Source: a virus. Taken from it: a DNA stretch of 64,000 nucleotides. Positions 31,001 through 40,095 of this stretch are shown piece by piece. The stretch lies in the IMG/VR virus record IMGVR_UViG_3300043427_001796, one strand, 5' to 3'. The position numbers and the translations under genes were made by a program. Every line of letters begins with the position of its first letter. Positions within the stretch are counted from its first letter, which is position 1. Under the pieces are notes generated by a model that worked only from the letters and a program-made list of their open reading frames with translations, did no database searches and was not told the origin of the DNA.

Positions 31001-33383
31001 TTATTTCTCAAGTGGAACTCTTAAGTTTATTGAGTCTGGACAATTAACACAAACCAGAGCAACATTTGAGTATGCCAAGCATCTTGCCATCTGTGCGATG
31101 CGTAACTGGGATACATTTAGAACAGCATCAAGCACAACTACAAACACAATTACCCTAGCTAATACAGATGGCATTGTTGTTGGTATGAGAGTGTATGAAG
31201 TGGCAACTGCTATCCCAACTGATGCTGCTTCACAAACAACAGCAAATGCTAACCTGACATCAAAAGGATATATTGCTTCAGTAAACAGAACAACTAATGT
31301 AGTTACTGTTTATGCCGGAAGAACTGGAACTACTTCTCCAAACCTAACTGGAAATCTTAAGTATAAATTTGTTCTTGAACAAGGATTGGGAGAAAACTGG
31401 GCATCTCCCGGAACTGCAGTTCCTGTTATTGATACTACAGTTGCTCAAGATTATAACTATGCTGCTGGTGAATGTGCAAATGTTGCTTCAGCAATCAATG
31501 TTCTTTATACAACATTTGATCAGATTATTTCGGCATCATCTGCTACAGCAAATGTTAGTAACGGATCTACGGTTCTGTTTAACTCTTCAACTCTTGCGGA
31601 CAATGATGTGATTAGAGTATTTGGAGCACAGAATGATGCTCTGAATGGAGATCTCATCACAGTGAATGCTGAAGGTGGAACATTATTCTCATATGAATTA
31701 AATGTCCAATTCCAAACTTCTTTTAGTGATAATATTGTTTATTATAAAAACACAAATTCAATTGAATTCAATGAACCAACTAAAGCAACTTATTTCACAG
31801 AAGAAGTTATTTTAGAAGGTCTTGGATACTCACAAAACATTAACTACCTATATCCAGAAATTGATCTTGACAATCCAAAGTGGAATCCAAAACCATCTTT
31901 AACACAATACAGAAAAGATGTAGGAAATACGATCATCAGAAACAATACACTAAACGAGGATGACTATGAAAGAATTAGTCAGTATTCTATTACTGCTGAA
32001 TCCACTAAAGGAATTCTTAATAGTATTTTAACTGGTGGTGTTGGTGCTACAGGATTTAGAAATAGAATTTTTGCTGATATTGATCTGAATGCTGAATTTG
32101 GAGCTGGAGAAACAATTACTGATGAAGTGATGGAAAATCCTTATGTTGATCCAGATCTGAATGAGTATGGTGTCAACACAGCTCCGGTCCTTCAATTTGA
32201 TCAAAACAACGTTCCTCTGTTTACAGATCGTTGTATTATTTTTAATGCCGCAACTCCAATTTCTTTCTATCGCCCATCAATCATTCGTGCTTCTTCACAT
32301 ACTTGGGAATACGTTGGTTTTGGTCCTGGTAACTACTCAACTGGTCTACCTCAGTTCCAAGACATTACATTAACTCAGCAGCAGATTGTTAACTCCCAAA
32401 CAATTGAGAGAGGTGGTGGATTCTGTGCTTCTTCAGGAACAAACTCAGAAGGTGATTTCTATATTGGAAACCAAGTTATTGACGCTAAAGGAAACCAGAG
32501 TAATACTCTAAACTTCCCAAGAGTCAAGACATCTGCTGAAAATAGACTGATTGATTATTCTAATTTAGATTCTCTGGCAGCAAATACATCATCTGCTTCA
32601 TTCAATCCATCTTCTTTTAGTGCTGTTCTAACTGCTTCACTACAAGCAATTCAGGAAGCACAAAGAAATTCGTTCAAATCATCAAATATTGAAACATCTA
32701 TTCTTACAACAGGAACACTGAAGATCAATAACAAAATTAGTATTTCAAATAATGTATTTGAGAACGAAGCAAATTTCCCAGTTGCTAGACAAGATACATA
32801 CGGATTTAGTAGGAGAGCATCTATTAACTGGTTTAATGTGGATCCAACTTCGGAAGAATATCAAGGTTTATCTAATTCCTATATTAGTCCTGTTGATATT
32901 AGTGATTGGGCAAATGCTAACTCACTTGTCCCATCAGTTCCTGTTCCATGGACAACTGTTTACTCAGATCCAACCGTATTCAATGAAGTATCTAATGTGG
33001 GCGAAGTAGATATTAACGCAACTCTCACTAAGTCAGTTAACTTTACTGTTACTGGAATTGATACAACAGATGAGAGATGGTATGATGCTGTGACCGATAC
33101 AATTTCAATTCCTCTAGGAACTCCTGCTGATGATATTAACAACACAAACATCAACAATTATGAGGGTAGAGCTGGACAAATTTATATTAATTTCCCAGCA
33201 GATACAGTAAAAGCATCTTCAATTATTCCTACAAACATCTGGAAACCAGTTGAAAATACTTGGACTGGCGTGAGTCAGGTTGATGGTTCTGCTACTACAT
33301 ACTTACAGGGAAGTAAGTTTGTTGTGAGTTATTACATAACTGGAGGACAAATTATTTACTCAGTAAGCACAGTAGAATCGTAA
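24996..33383 (+). CDS. Giant tail fibre/structural protein (2795 aa)
   Basis: TFEQQRQEIN N-terminus, PFKTIERAL, GGLIVPRGTSIVGLDLRKT..RPKYVP, SPYVFNISLRSVWGMCG, RPSIIRASSHTWEYVGFGPGNYSTGLP motifs typical of cyanomyovirus fibres. Confidence 0.8.
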   Translation: MAKREVKRSFTFEQQRQEINLLADDLGDRAQLDALSTDGQNSLVGAINEIIDTPVDDVFVDEIGVSTQEQRMIFADAASFKPSASYDGAAGTNPESLDYSRIKYDYGAGTVSDRFTYNPNNKLLRVNNLKADLRNRNQDGTLSSLGQEVLSVGTNADSVTESETALYTGRLRTKITNAPIEIQQDLIKLEEKARMSLANSSAIDLTTGIDIGAYVNVTNNKKILYVSVDDENASDLPENDGSNINRPFKTIERALIEAAKRSYVGPGKGIEQGEPGADLFENFTILLFPGEYIIDNTPGVKEDGITPYTAADISEEIKSRPGEPYHTTTSFANELKKFNPKEGGLIVPRGTSIVGLDLRKTLIRPKYVPDPANDEVGRSALFRLTGACYIWQFTIKDNQTVPESHHKLTGFEYANYEQLEDYYRKIDKYSRTDEGADVGDRFLDAQNLLLDNKKFIAQLAVARTEIASSGFNGIVTNTTAAGDTVGQACADDVELLIEQVAYNLAYGGNDRVYDAAKFYKDNIGTTIQGEEEFSILVFNQARDISNQVVCNVTVDTSAFSNGTLNYTEPGGFKTQVFDYNILPDATVNPEDNTDPNNCANVRSSITTLWEILTETLQSIIDVGATNATIGTPAVTRATPTDAQDYIQRVEENRIVGFVQNKYLSDTVASASPYVFNISLRSVWGMCGLMSDGAQSTGLRSMVLAQYTGISLQRDDRAFILNGATTDQVEDPDQRHSDSLAEYRDDWRHYHVKSRNNSFLQIVSVFAVGQADHFVVETGGDHSITNSNSNFGNSSLSAVSHRTEIFNQDNGAYIVGIVPPRGLNPNAESKVNIYNIDFGTTLKKFNAAEVDAGDTKGFRKIYVKVNGQSLIKEADIPEYYSFIPETTTEQAELLVDDVNYLLGKRRYSDTYPEAIYARLPRNYADSTLATFASRLRANGYVSGGNSAKYDPRPTYSEGVITADSKSTSSDPVPAAAQIETSIKNYYILNDNNTSVETPDFFTSADPLASNAKHIGVPTTGGNSTARFKLLTGNNPATQFTIAVLESPIKTVAIQGNAAPTTGTPVVYKGVIGTPTPGTNEVAYTYNRKAFNLGGETVSQGLNATFEITRVNGTVGQQTSGNYVIKVLTSGINYNVGDSFSIPGTSLGGISPDNDLTIHVVAVTNSGEGFKRGNDFRVTFTDSTVPATSKIVRLYIKDATLPQGIFVDTNDLYEFDSLTNANYDIPSGGFDAQYYVGLSSTNSVDPWDFLGKWGVPEQGTYDTVVNTEFSFIRTKGGSGFSAANGFNTITIPGSIFYGTDNVNDLVIKIDAVGGNTVTTKNYNDNGTTPKRRYYGWEFARTVGSEYYGRLVLLVDDERTGGTQIIEGVPSSFAYNNAGTRFTGFGSNQQGYPATATTIGGLNQDRTITTIVNNLNNTFTLTLDNPPGVTRSPFYKGDEIILLNTANIGNTASLDGTYKVVTVTQDAGNDLVTFNVADIDLNAITSWQGTGTARKISEEVTIEVKLSILSVGGNEGEVTAIYPRDWNFTIDGDEDLIPGELSDQNFAVGWDKSGSGFSFDDIFLLNTGAGTSLLPENTITFSAATLEVLPAKTYSPSSIKESGYLPGSSLGVRYLPYDETLSLENNTVTYGAADSTVNESLSLLKRITQRVDSNASAALESSDGFEFNDNIVNTLYMKRIQDTRSSNGNSELLWRLICKLPKDGFNNLKLRAPEEKFVIHLKDPGLGFADETLDFPFVYDHAEIGKLRNVKVISGTTQASRNNATVTISNITSRQYIKPARRGGDGVTYLTYPTYSSTIGAETLAPSGGSFSVKYGPTGIPISATVVSEGKCYNNGDRIILNDGLSGTITLEVTKATTTYPRSFYVQKVEPIVEYEYNVRDGYYLLTVLDGNIHTYYNQQTNTNSEDDKRIVYGKQRLIGFEDLDIPPDGILSEINHRKQDASDLIEKNRLFIQTEANGYLKNAFPGFTNPSENRCKRDVGYLLNALINDLRLGGNNNVINTAQYYFSSGTLKFIESGQLTQTRATFEYAKHLAICAMRNWDTFRTASSTTTNTITLANTDGIVVGMRVYEVATAIPTDAASQTTANANLTSKGYIASVNRTTNVVTVYAGRTGTTSPNLTGNLKYKFVLEQGLGENWASPGTAVPVIDTTVAQDYNYAAGECANVASAINVLYTTFDQIISASSATANVSNGSTVLFNSSTLADNDVIRVFGAQNDALNGDLITVNAEGGTLFSYELNVQFQTSFSDNIVYYKNTNSIEFNEPTKATYFTEEVILEGLGYSQNINYLYPEIDLDNPKWNPKPSLTQYRKDVGNTIIRNNTLNEDDYERISQYSITAESTKGILNSILTGGVGATGFRNRIFADIDLNAEFGAGETITDEVMENPYVDPDLNEYGVNTAPVLQFDQNNVPLFTDRCIIFNAATPISFYRPSIIRASSHTWEYVGFGPGNYSTGLPQFQDITLTQQQIVNSQTIERGGGFCASSGTNSEGDFYIGNQVIDAKGNQSNTLNFPRVKTSAENRLIDYSNLDSLAANTSSASFNPSSFSAVLTASLQAIQEAQRNSFKSSNIETSILTTGTLKINNKISISNNVFENEANFPVARQDTYGFSRRASINWFNVDPTSEEYQGLSNSYISPVDISDWANANSLVPSVPVPWTTVYSDPTVFNEVSNVGEVDINATLTKSVNFTVTGIDTTDERWYDAVTDTISIPLGTPADDINNTNINNYEGRAGQIYINFPADTVKASSIIPTNIWKPVENTWTGVSQVDGSATTYLQGSKFVVSYYITGGQIIYSVSTVES

Positions 33384-33389
33384 TAAAAG

Positions 33390-36300
33390 ATGGCAGTACC
33401 TATTGGTTTTATACGAAATAAGAACCCCAATTTAAATTTAAGGGGTGCCTTAAAAATTGACGCTATTTTTGCTACAGATAATGATCTACCTGGAACAGAA
33501 GCATTCCAGGGATGGTTAGCAAACAATAATGTAGTGACTAGTTTTAATGACGCATTGATTCAGAATAAAATTGGCGTTGTTGATACAGAAGGATTCAATA
33601 TTTCTGCTGCCAATAGATTTGCCTTTACTACTATGAGTGAAGGTAAGAGAGTTAACACTAAAGAATTAATTCTAGTAAGATTTCAAAATTCTATTGACCC
33701 ATCAAAGACGCCATCTTTTGTAAAGGGACAATACATTGATTTTGAATCTAATGGACAACCTTTTGGATCTGTAATTGGACCATCAAATGGAAAGGGATAT
33801 GAAATTTTTAGTGTTTATCGTGAAAAGGATATTCTAGTTAATAGCATAGCAACGGTTCAGGATGGAAGTAATTGGATTGTAACAATTCAATGCGATCCAA
33901 AAGAAGATTTACAGGAGTTTAGTGCTAGCACAAGTACAGGAAATAATTATCAAGATGGCGATCATGTAGTTATAAGTGGAATTACTCCAACCGCATTTAA
34001 TGGATCATATGATATTTTTAATGTTACTTCTACTGGTTTTAGTTATATTTTACCAAGCAATCCAGGAACATATCAATTTGGCGGAAAATTTTATCTGGCA
34101 ACAAAAGAATTATTGTTAACTGAGGTTAATAGGGCAACATCATTAAATTCAAGTTGGGCATCTGGAACTTTCAATATCAATTTATCTGGCGCTATAGTGC
34201 AAGGGAGAATTCTTGAAGGTCAATTTGTTACTAGTGCAAGTGGTGGTATATCTTCCGGAACTACGGTTGTAAATTACAGTAACATTACAAATACTTTAAC
34301 TCTATCAAATGTAACTACTGCTGCTCGCACAAATGTAACTTTAGAATTTGCGGCAGCTGCGACTAATGACATTGTAATTCCTACCGGAGCAATCGTTCCA
34401 GATTTCAATACTCGTGGACTGGAACAACCTGAAGGATTGAAATTTGCAAATGCTGGATCGGTTGTTGAATCATTTGCCATTAAATCTCCAATCAATTATT
34501 ATGTTTACGGTGACTCACGATTAAAATATTTTTGGTCAACTTTTGATTCTAGATTAACTAATACAGTATTAACCCAACCAGTATTTGATGGGTGGTCTCA
34601 AAATTTCTTAAGCGACGGATTTTCTAATCTTTACAATAATGCAAACCCCCAACAAGGAGTTACTGCTCAATTAATTGGAGATGGTAACGTATTTGCTACT
34701 GAAGATACTTTTAATAATGTTGTGAAAACTTTAGGTGTTGATCGTGGATCAGGAACTAGTTTTAATGATGACTATACGCCACAGGGGAGATCTGCTTTAC
34801 TTTATATTTCTGCTACAGATTCACAAGGATTAACTGGCGCTTCAGGAGGAAGAAATAGAGGAACATCGACGCCAGCATATTCTGTATCAGAAGCTATTAC
34901 TGCTGTAAGAGATAACAGAGGATATTGGGTTGGAGTTATTGGCGGATCATTTACTAGTGGTTGTCAAAATGAAATTCAAACATTCCGTAAAGATTCAACG
35001 GATGGAATTTTAGGAGACCCAAGAGGATTTGTTCCCATTAAGGGGGAAGTAACAAGTCTTCGTGTTGGTGCTGCTATTACATCAGTATCTTATAATTCCG
35101 GAACTTCAGAAGTTACATGCACAACTTATTACGATCACAAACTTGGAAATAATGGGGCAACTAGAAGAGTTAGAATTAAAAATGCTCCAAGAGCAGTTGC
35201 TATGGAAGGTTTGCGGGATGTAACTATTCTCACAGCAAAAACATTTAAATTTGTATTGCCAATTAACCCAGTTTCGTCAGCAAAGGTTGATTTTGATGAT
35301 TATGGTTATGTTTTAGATGTCACTTCACTATTAACTGTTCCGTCTGGATTTTACAGAAAATCAACTTTAAAGTATGTCAACAGTATGTCAACTTTAAATG
35401 ATAGTAGAACTTTGGCAAGTCCTCCAGGAATAGGTCTAGATAGAAAAAATATATTAGTAACTCTTCGCGTAACAGAAACTACAGGAACCCTTCAATTTTT
35501 TAGTTCATATCCGATTGGGGACTTCTTTATTGGACTACCTGAGACTCCTGGCGGAGGAACAAATTATTATGCATATCCAGGAGATGGTAGAGATATTAAA
35601 TTTAAAGTTAATGTAACTAATCAAGGATCACTTGAATATATTCAAACAACATTATTAAATTCAGGAACTGATGAAGTATCTCCAAGGGAAGAATTTTTTA
35701 CAACTTTGTATGTTGCGGAATTTACAGCAGATGTGATTGGACAAAATATTAATGGTAATCAAATAACTGTAAATAATATTAATATTTTTAACAATGGTGG
35801 AGAAGGTAGAGATTTTACTATTTTAAACACTGGTGGATCTGGATATAACAATGGAATTCTTACTGGTGATCCTCCGGAATTTGCAACTACATTTGCTGCA
35901 GATGATGTGACAACTACGCCAACTTCAGGAACTGGATCTGGATTAAAATTTAACATTCAAGTTATATCAGGAGCAATAACTTCTGTTGTTATTTCTGATA
36001 GAGGATCTGGATATAAACCGGGAGACACTGGACAAATTAATGCTCCCACGGGAGGAAATGTAACTACAAAGGCAACATACACAGTTAAAAATATCAGTGA
36101 TGATCAAACACTAGAGTTATCATTTAATATTAGTGGTGGTGTTGGATCTGGTGATCCAGGATTAAATTTAAATCTTATTCCCACATTGATTGGAATTAAT
36201 TCAATTACGGCAAATCCGACACCGGGAGAATATGTAATTACATTGAATAAAAATCTTGGTGATACTATTATTGGTGAGCAGGTATCATTTACATATCCAA

Positions 36301-39300
36301 ACGATAATAGAAGAGTTAGTATATTTGTAAAACCTTCTAATAATTTTAAAGATATTTCTGTCACTCCAGCGTCAATTGCCGCTAATCCAGCATTGGCAAC
36401 CTCAGATGCTTTTATTACATTTTCTGGATACGGATATACAGAACAAGATGTATTGACTCCTTCCGAAGTTACTAATGCTCCAGCAACAATTACCAATGCT
36501 GTATATACTTCAGATACTAAAATATCTGTTGATGGATTCTTATACGAAGGTCAGTCTATAATTGGAACTCAATCATTTATTAAATCCGGATTAACTGGAG
36601 ATTTTGCTGAGGGTGGTGTTGGTGCTGCCTTTAATATTAAGCAAACTGCTGGTGGAACATACAATGTTTCTATTTTGGACCAGGGATCTAATTTTAGTGT
36701 TGGTGAAAAAATTGTAGTCCCAGGTGCTGAATTGAATGGTGGTATTGCTTCAGCAACCTTTGTTTCATTACAATCAAATGGAACTGGATATACAGATGGC
36801 ACATATACTAATATTGCTGCAACTACTAATGTTGGAAGTGGTCTCACTTTAAATTTTGACGTGATTGCTGGATCTATTGATCCAACATCAGTTGAGGTAA
36901 ATAATGGAGGCACTGGAATTCCTATTGAAACTACTGGAACAATTACCGGAATTTCAAATACTAGTCCTGCCACATTTACAGTTGAATCTACTTTAAATGA
37001 TCTTGTAATTACAGTTACTAAAGTTGATGACAATTCAAGAGTAACTTTAACTACCCAAAATCCTCATAATTTTGTCCCTCCCTTAGGAAGAACAACGATT
37101 GATATTTTAGTTGAAGGAATAACATCAACATTATCTACAGGTAAAGGTTTTAATGGTAGATTTACTGCTGAAGTTGCTGATAGTGTTACACTCGTTTATA
37201 ATATTTCTTACAATCCAGGAACTCGGATAAGTGGAGGAACTGCCTATAATGTTTCTGTTGACGTTGTTAATGATACCTTTGCTAGTTTCTCTAACAAATT
37301 ATTCTTTAATATCAATCAACCGACAAATGATCCCGTATATCCTTACATTAGGTTTATAAACAATGCCACATATAATGGAGTTAATGTAAGCGTTGAAACA
37401 ACTGCTCCACATGGTTTATCAATTAACCAAGAAGTTAGAGTTTCTGGAATCAGAACATCAAGAGCTGGAAGTGATTGGAACTCAGGAAAAGCAATAGTTT
37501 TAGCAACTGGTTTTACCGCAACCACATTTTCATACGCAAAAGTTGTTGGTGGTGGAAATCCAGGCGTTTATGTAAGTGGAGGAGAAGTTACAAATCCATA
37601 TGTAAAAGTTCTTGGTGGTATTTACACAAAAGATTTCAATCGTATTATATTTGTTAACACAAAGGACACTCCCCAAGATGGAATTCCATCTGATAAAACT
37701 CAAGACTTTTTAGTTAGGGATATTAATTTTAGACAGATATCAAATGATGGATTTAATGTTCAGGATGGACCAAAGCATAATTTTTATATTTTAAATTCAA
37801 ATACTTTGGCGATTACAAGAAGATTAAACATTCCAATTACATCAATTACATATATTCCGGAATCGCTTGAGTATGAAGTGACTTGTTCGCAACCACATGG
37901 ATTATGGGAAGGGAACGCGATCAGTATAGCAGTTACAGGAGGAACTCCATCTCCAATTGATCCCGATTTATACAATACTCCTACTGGAAATGTCTCACCA
38001 GATGAAGTAACTTTAAAAGTCTCCGATACAGTTTTTAGATATACAGTTTATAGAATTGGAAGAGATCCTGCTACACCAGTTAGTATAACATCAGTTACCG
38101 GAACAGTTAACAAACCAATTGGTGTTGGAACTGGAGATGAAGATATATTTGTTGGACCAACAAATGCTGGAAATGCTAGGGATATTGTTAAATTTACAGG
38201 ACTTACTGGTGCTCCAGGAATTAGCAATGAGAAATTTTATTATATTGTGAACGCTGAGCAATCTAGTGCAAATAATACATCTTACATTACTTTTAGACTA
38301 TCAAATACTAAAAATGGTGCCCCAATTTCATTCTCATTAGATATCTCTAGTGCGACTTATAATAGATCATTGGAGAAAGCAATTATCCAAGTTCCAGGAA
38401 CTACACCACATGGACTACTTCTTGGAAATGAAGTTAACATTACTGGTGTTTCTTCGCAGGCATATAATGGATTAGTAACATTAACTGATATTATTTCTCC
38501 AACTATATTTGCGTATTCATTACCAGCATCTCAAGGAATACCAGATACAACAAATCAAAGTATTACAAAAGTATTGCGAGTTGGAACACCAGGATCGGTT
38601 GTTACTAAAAGGGTAGAGGCATCCTTAACAAATTTGAGAAATTTAGTTATTAGAACAACTGGAGGTGGAGATACTACATTAAAAGATATTGCTGTTGGAA
38701 TGAGAATTACAACTGCAACAACTGGAGTTGGAAGTTCCGGTGTCGCTTTACCAAACTCAGCAACAACAGTTTATTTAGTTACTGGGTGGAATCCATCAAC
38801 TAGAACTATTACAATAGATAGAGATATTGCTGCGGCAATTACAGTGAATAATGCTAATTGTGAAATTACATTGAGCGCAAATGTAACTGGTTCAAAAGCA
38901 ATCGCATTTACAAGAAGTGTAGATGCAACTCCAGGAACTTATACTGGACTCAATCAAGTTCAAGTTGGTCAGAGAGTGAATAATGGAACAACAACAGCAA
39001 TTCCTACTGGTGCTGAAATCATGTCAGTATATTCTAGCACACAGGATATTCCTGGAACTACAGAAACAAATACTTATTATATGGCAACATTGGATTTACC
39101 ACTGACGGGAAATATAATAAATTTACAAACAGTTACTGTAAATGATAATTTAGCATCTTATAAATCAATAAGACTTCGCAATTTTACAGGAACTCCACTA
39201 ATTGGATCGGAAATTGTTAATGTTGACGGAAGCAATAATACAATACCAACCTTTGAAACTGGAACTACTATAACATCAGTTAAAACTTATACGGTTGGGG

Positions 39301-39854
39301 CAACTAGTGGATATATTATTGGCGTAAGTAATGACCTGCTTACAAATTTAACAACTGGAACTGTTAAGGTGTATCCAAACTCAAACGCAGGGTCTGGAGG
39401 AACTGTTACTGGTAAAGTTGCTACTATTACTAGTGATGTGATTAATAATCAAAATACAGATCTTAGGGGTCAAACACAACTTACGGCCGATGTTGCCGGT
39501 TGGGACCATGTTGCTCTTGCTAGAGATACTGGTGGTGCTTTGTTTTTCCAACTTGGATTTGTCAAGACATGCGCTGGAGCATTTGGAGATACTACAATCA
39601 CAGCAACCAATACCACAGATTTAAACCTAGTATTACCGGGATACGGAGTTTACGGTGATGGTGTTGCTCCTGGTGCTACTGTCGTAGGTATATCAGGTGG
39701 TGTAATTACATTATCCAATCCAAATGTTGGAATAGTCAATGGATATGTAGGGTTTGCCAGACCAAGCAGTGTTTCTATCTTCCCTAAATACACACAGGAG
39801 TTCGGAAGAATTCTTGGTAAAACTTTTGCCGAATGGTTATTTAAAATTGCTTGA
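33390..39854 (+). CDS. Large beta-rich structural/fibre protein (2154 aa)
   Basis: T/G/S/V-rich with repeated HGL..G..V.ISG...YNG modules and GxGY..G motifs. Confidence 0.7.
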   Translation: MAVPIGFIRNKNPNLNLRGALKIDAIFATDNDLPGTEAFQGWLANNNVVTSFNDALIQNKIGVVDTEGFNISAANRFAFTTMSEGKRVNTKELILVRFQNSIDPSKTPSFVKGQYIDFESNGQPFGSVIGPSNGKGYEIFSVYREKDILVNSIATVQDGSNWIVTIQCDPKEDLQEFSASTSTGNNYQDGDHVVISGITPTAFNGSYDIFNVTSTGFSYILPSNPGTYQFGGKFYLATKELLLTEVNRATSLNSSWASGTFNINLSGAIVQGRILEGQFVTSASGGISSGTTVVNYSNITNTLTLSNVTTAARTNVTLEFAAAATNDIVIPTGAIVPDFNTRGLEQPEGLKFANAGSVVESFAIKSPINYYVYGDSRLKYFWSTFDSRLTNTVLTQPVFDGWSQNFLSDGFSNLYNNANPQQGVTAQLIGDGNVFATEDTFNNVVKTLGVDRGSGTSFNDDYTPQGRSALLYISATDSQGLTGASGGRNRGTSTPAYSVSEAITAVRDNRGYWVGVIGGSFTSGCQNEIQTFRKDSTDGILGDPRGFVPIKGEVTSLRVGAAITSVSYNSGTSEVTCTTYYDHKLGNNGATRRVRIKNAPRAVAMEGLRDVTILTAKTFKFVLPINPVSSAKVDFDDYGYVLDVTSLLTVPSGFYRKSTLKYVNSMSTLNDSRTLASPPGIGLDRKNILVTLRVTETTGTLQFFSSYPIGDFFIGLPETPGGGTNYYAYPGDGRDIKFKVNVTNQGSLEYIQTTLLNSGTDEVSPREEFFTTLYVAEFTADVIGQNINGNQITVNNINIFNNGGEGRDFTILNTGGSGYNNGILTGDPPEFATTFAADDVTTTPTSGTGSGLKFNIQVISGAITSVVISDRGSGYKPGDTGQINAPTGGNVTTKATYTVKNISDDQTLELSFNISGGVGSGDPGLNLNLIPTLIGINSITANPTPGEYVITLNKNLGDTIIGEQVSFTYPNDNRRVSIFVKPSNNFKDISVTPASIAANPALATSDAFITFSGYGYTEQDVLTPSEVTNAPATITNAVYTSDTKISVDGFLYEGQSIIGTQSFIKSGLTGDFAEGGVGAAFNIKQTAGGTYNVSILDQGSNFSVGEKIVVPGAELNGGIASATFVSLQSNGTGYTDGTYTNIAATTNVGSGLTLNFDVIAGSIDPTSVEVNNGGTGIPIETTGTITGISNTSPATFTVESTLNDLVITVTKVDDNSRVTLTTQNPHNFVPPLGRTTIDILVEGITSTLSTGKGFNGRFTAEVADSVTLVYNISYNPGTRISGGTAYNVSVDVVNDTFASFSNKLFFNINQPTNDPVYPYIRFINNATYNGVNVSVETTAPHGLSINQEVRVSGIRTSRAGSDWNSGKAIVLATGFTATTFSYAKVVGGGNPGVYVSGGEVTNPYVKVLGGIYTKDFNRIIFVNTKDTPQDGIPSDKTQDFLVRDINFRQISNDGFNVQDGPKHNFYILNSNTLAITRRLNIPITSITYIPESLEYEVTCSQPHGLWEGNAISIAVTGGTPSPIDPDLYNTPTGNVSPDEVTLKVSDTVFRYTVYRIGRDPATPVSITSVTGTVNKPIGVGTGDEDIFVGPTNAGNARDIVKFTGLTGAPGISNEKFYYIVNAEQSSANNTSYITFRLSNTKNGAPISFSLDISSATYNRSLEKAIIQVPGTTPHGLLLGNEVNITGVSSQAYNGLVTLTDIISPTIFAYSLPASQGIPDTTNQSITKVLRVGTPGSVVTKRVEASLTNLRNLVIRTTGGGDTTLKDIAVGMRITTATTGVGSSGVALPNSATTVYLVTGWNPSTRTITIDRDIAAAITVNNANCEITLSANVTGSKAIAFTRSVDATPGTYTGLNQVQVGQRVNNGTTTAIPTGAEIMSVYSSTQDIPGTTETNTYYMATLDLPLTGNIINLQTVTVNDNLASYKSIRLRNFTGTPLIGSEIVNVDGSNNTIPTFETGTTITSVKTYTVGATSGYIIGVSNDLLTNLTTGTVKVYPNSNAGSGGTVTGKVATITSDVINNQNTDLRGQTQLTADVAGWDHVALARDTGGALFFQLGFVKTCAGAFGDTTITATNTTDLNLVLPGYGVYGDGVAPGATVVGISGGVITLSNPNVGIVNGYVGFARPSSVSIFPKYTQEFGRILGKTFAEWLFKIA

Positions 39855-39861
39855 TAAAACT

Positions 39862-40050
39862 ATGGAAACATCTAAATTAAGAGAAAATTTTGAGGCGCAG
39901 CTGAAAAAAATTAATGAAACAATTGTTGGTATTGAAAATGATCTAGAGAGAGCTAAAGAATATAAAGCAAAACTTGTCGGTGGTATGGAAACATTAGACA
40001 TTTTAGAAAGGGGAGAAATTCCAGAAGAAATGCCTGGAATTACAGAGTGA
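39862..40050 (+). CDS. Small coiled-coil protein (possible fibre chaperone)
   Basis: ATG at 39862 just after previous stop gives METSKLRENFEAQL...KLVGGMETL; preferred over the overlapping 39754 start. Confidence 0.7.
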   Translation: METSKLRENFEAQLKKINETIVGIENDLERAKEYKAKLVGGMETLDILERGEIPEEMPGITE

Positions 40051-40058
40051 TCTAAATT

Positions 40059-40089
40059 TCCCCCTTCCATAAATAGTTGAGAAGGGGGA
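40059..40089 (+). promoter_or_regulatory. Late promoter in loop of SD-sequestering hairpin
   Basis: TCCCCCTTC / GAAGGGGGA 9-bp stem with ATAAATA (40069-40075) in the loop; ATG at 40096. Confidence 0.8.
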
Positions 40090-40095
40090 TTTTCT

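Noticed and set aside
39754-39861. Longer start for ORF ending at 40050
   Set aside because: Overlaps the preceding gene by ~100 nt with a non-ATG start; ATG at 39862 follows the stop directly
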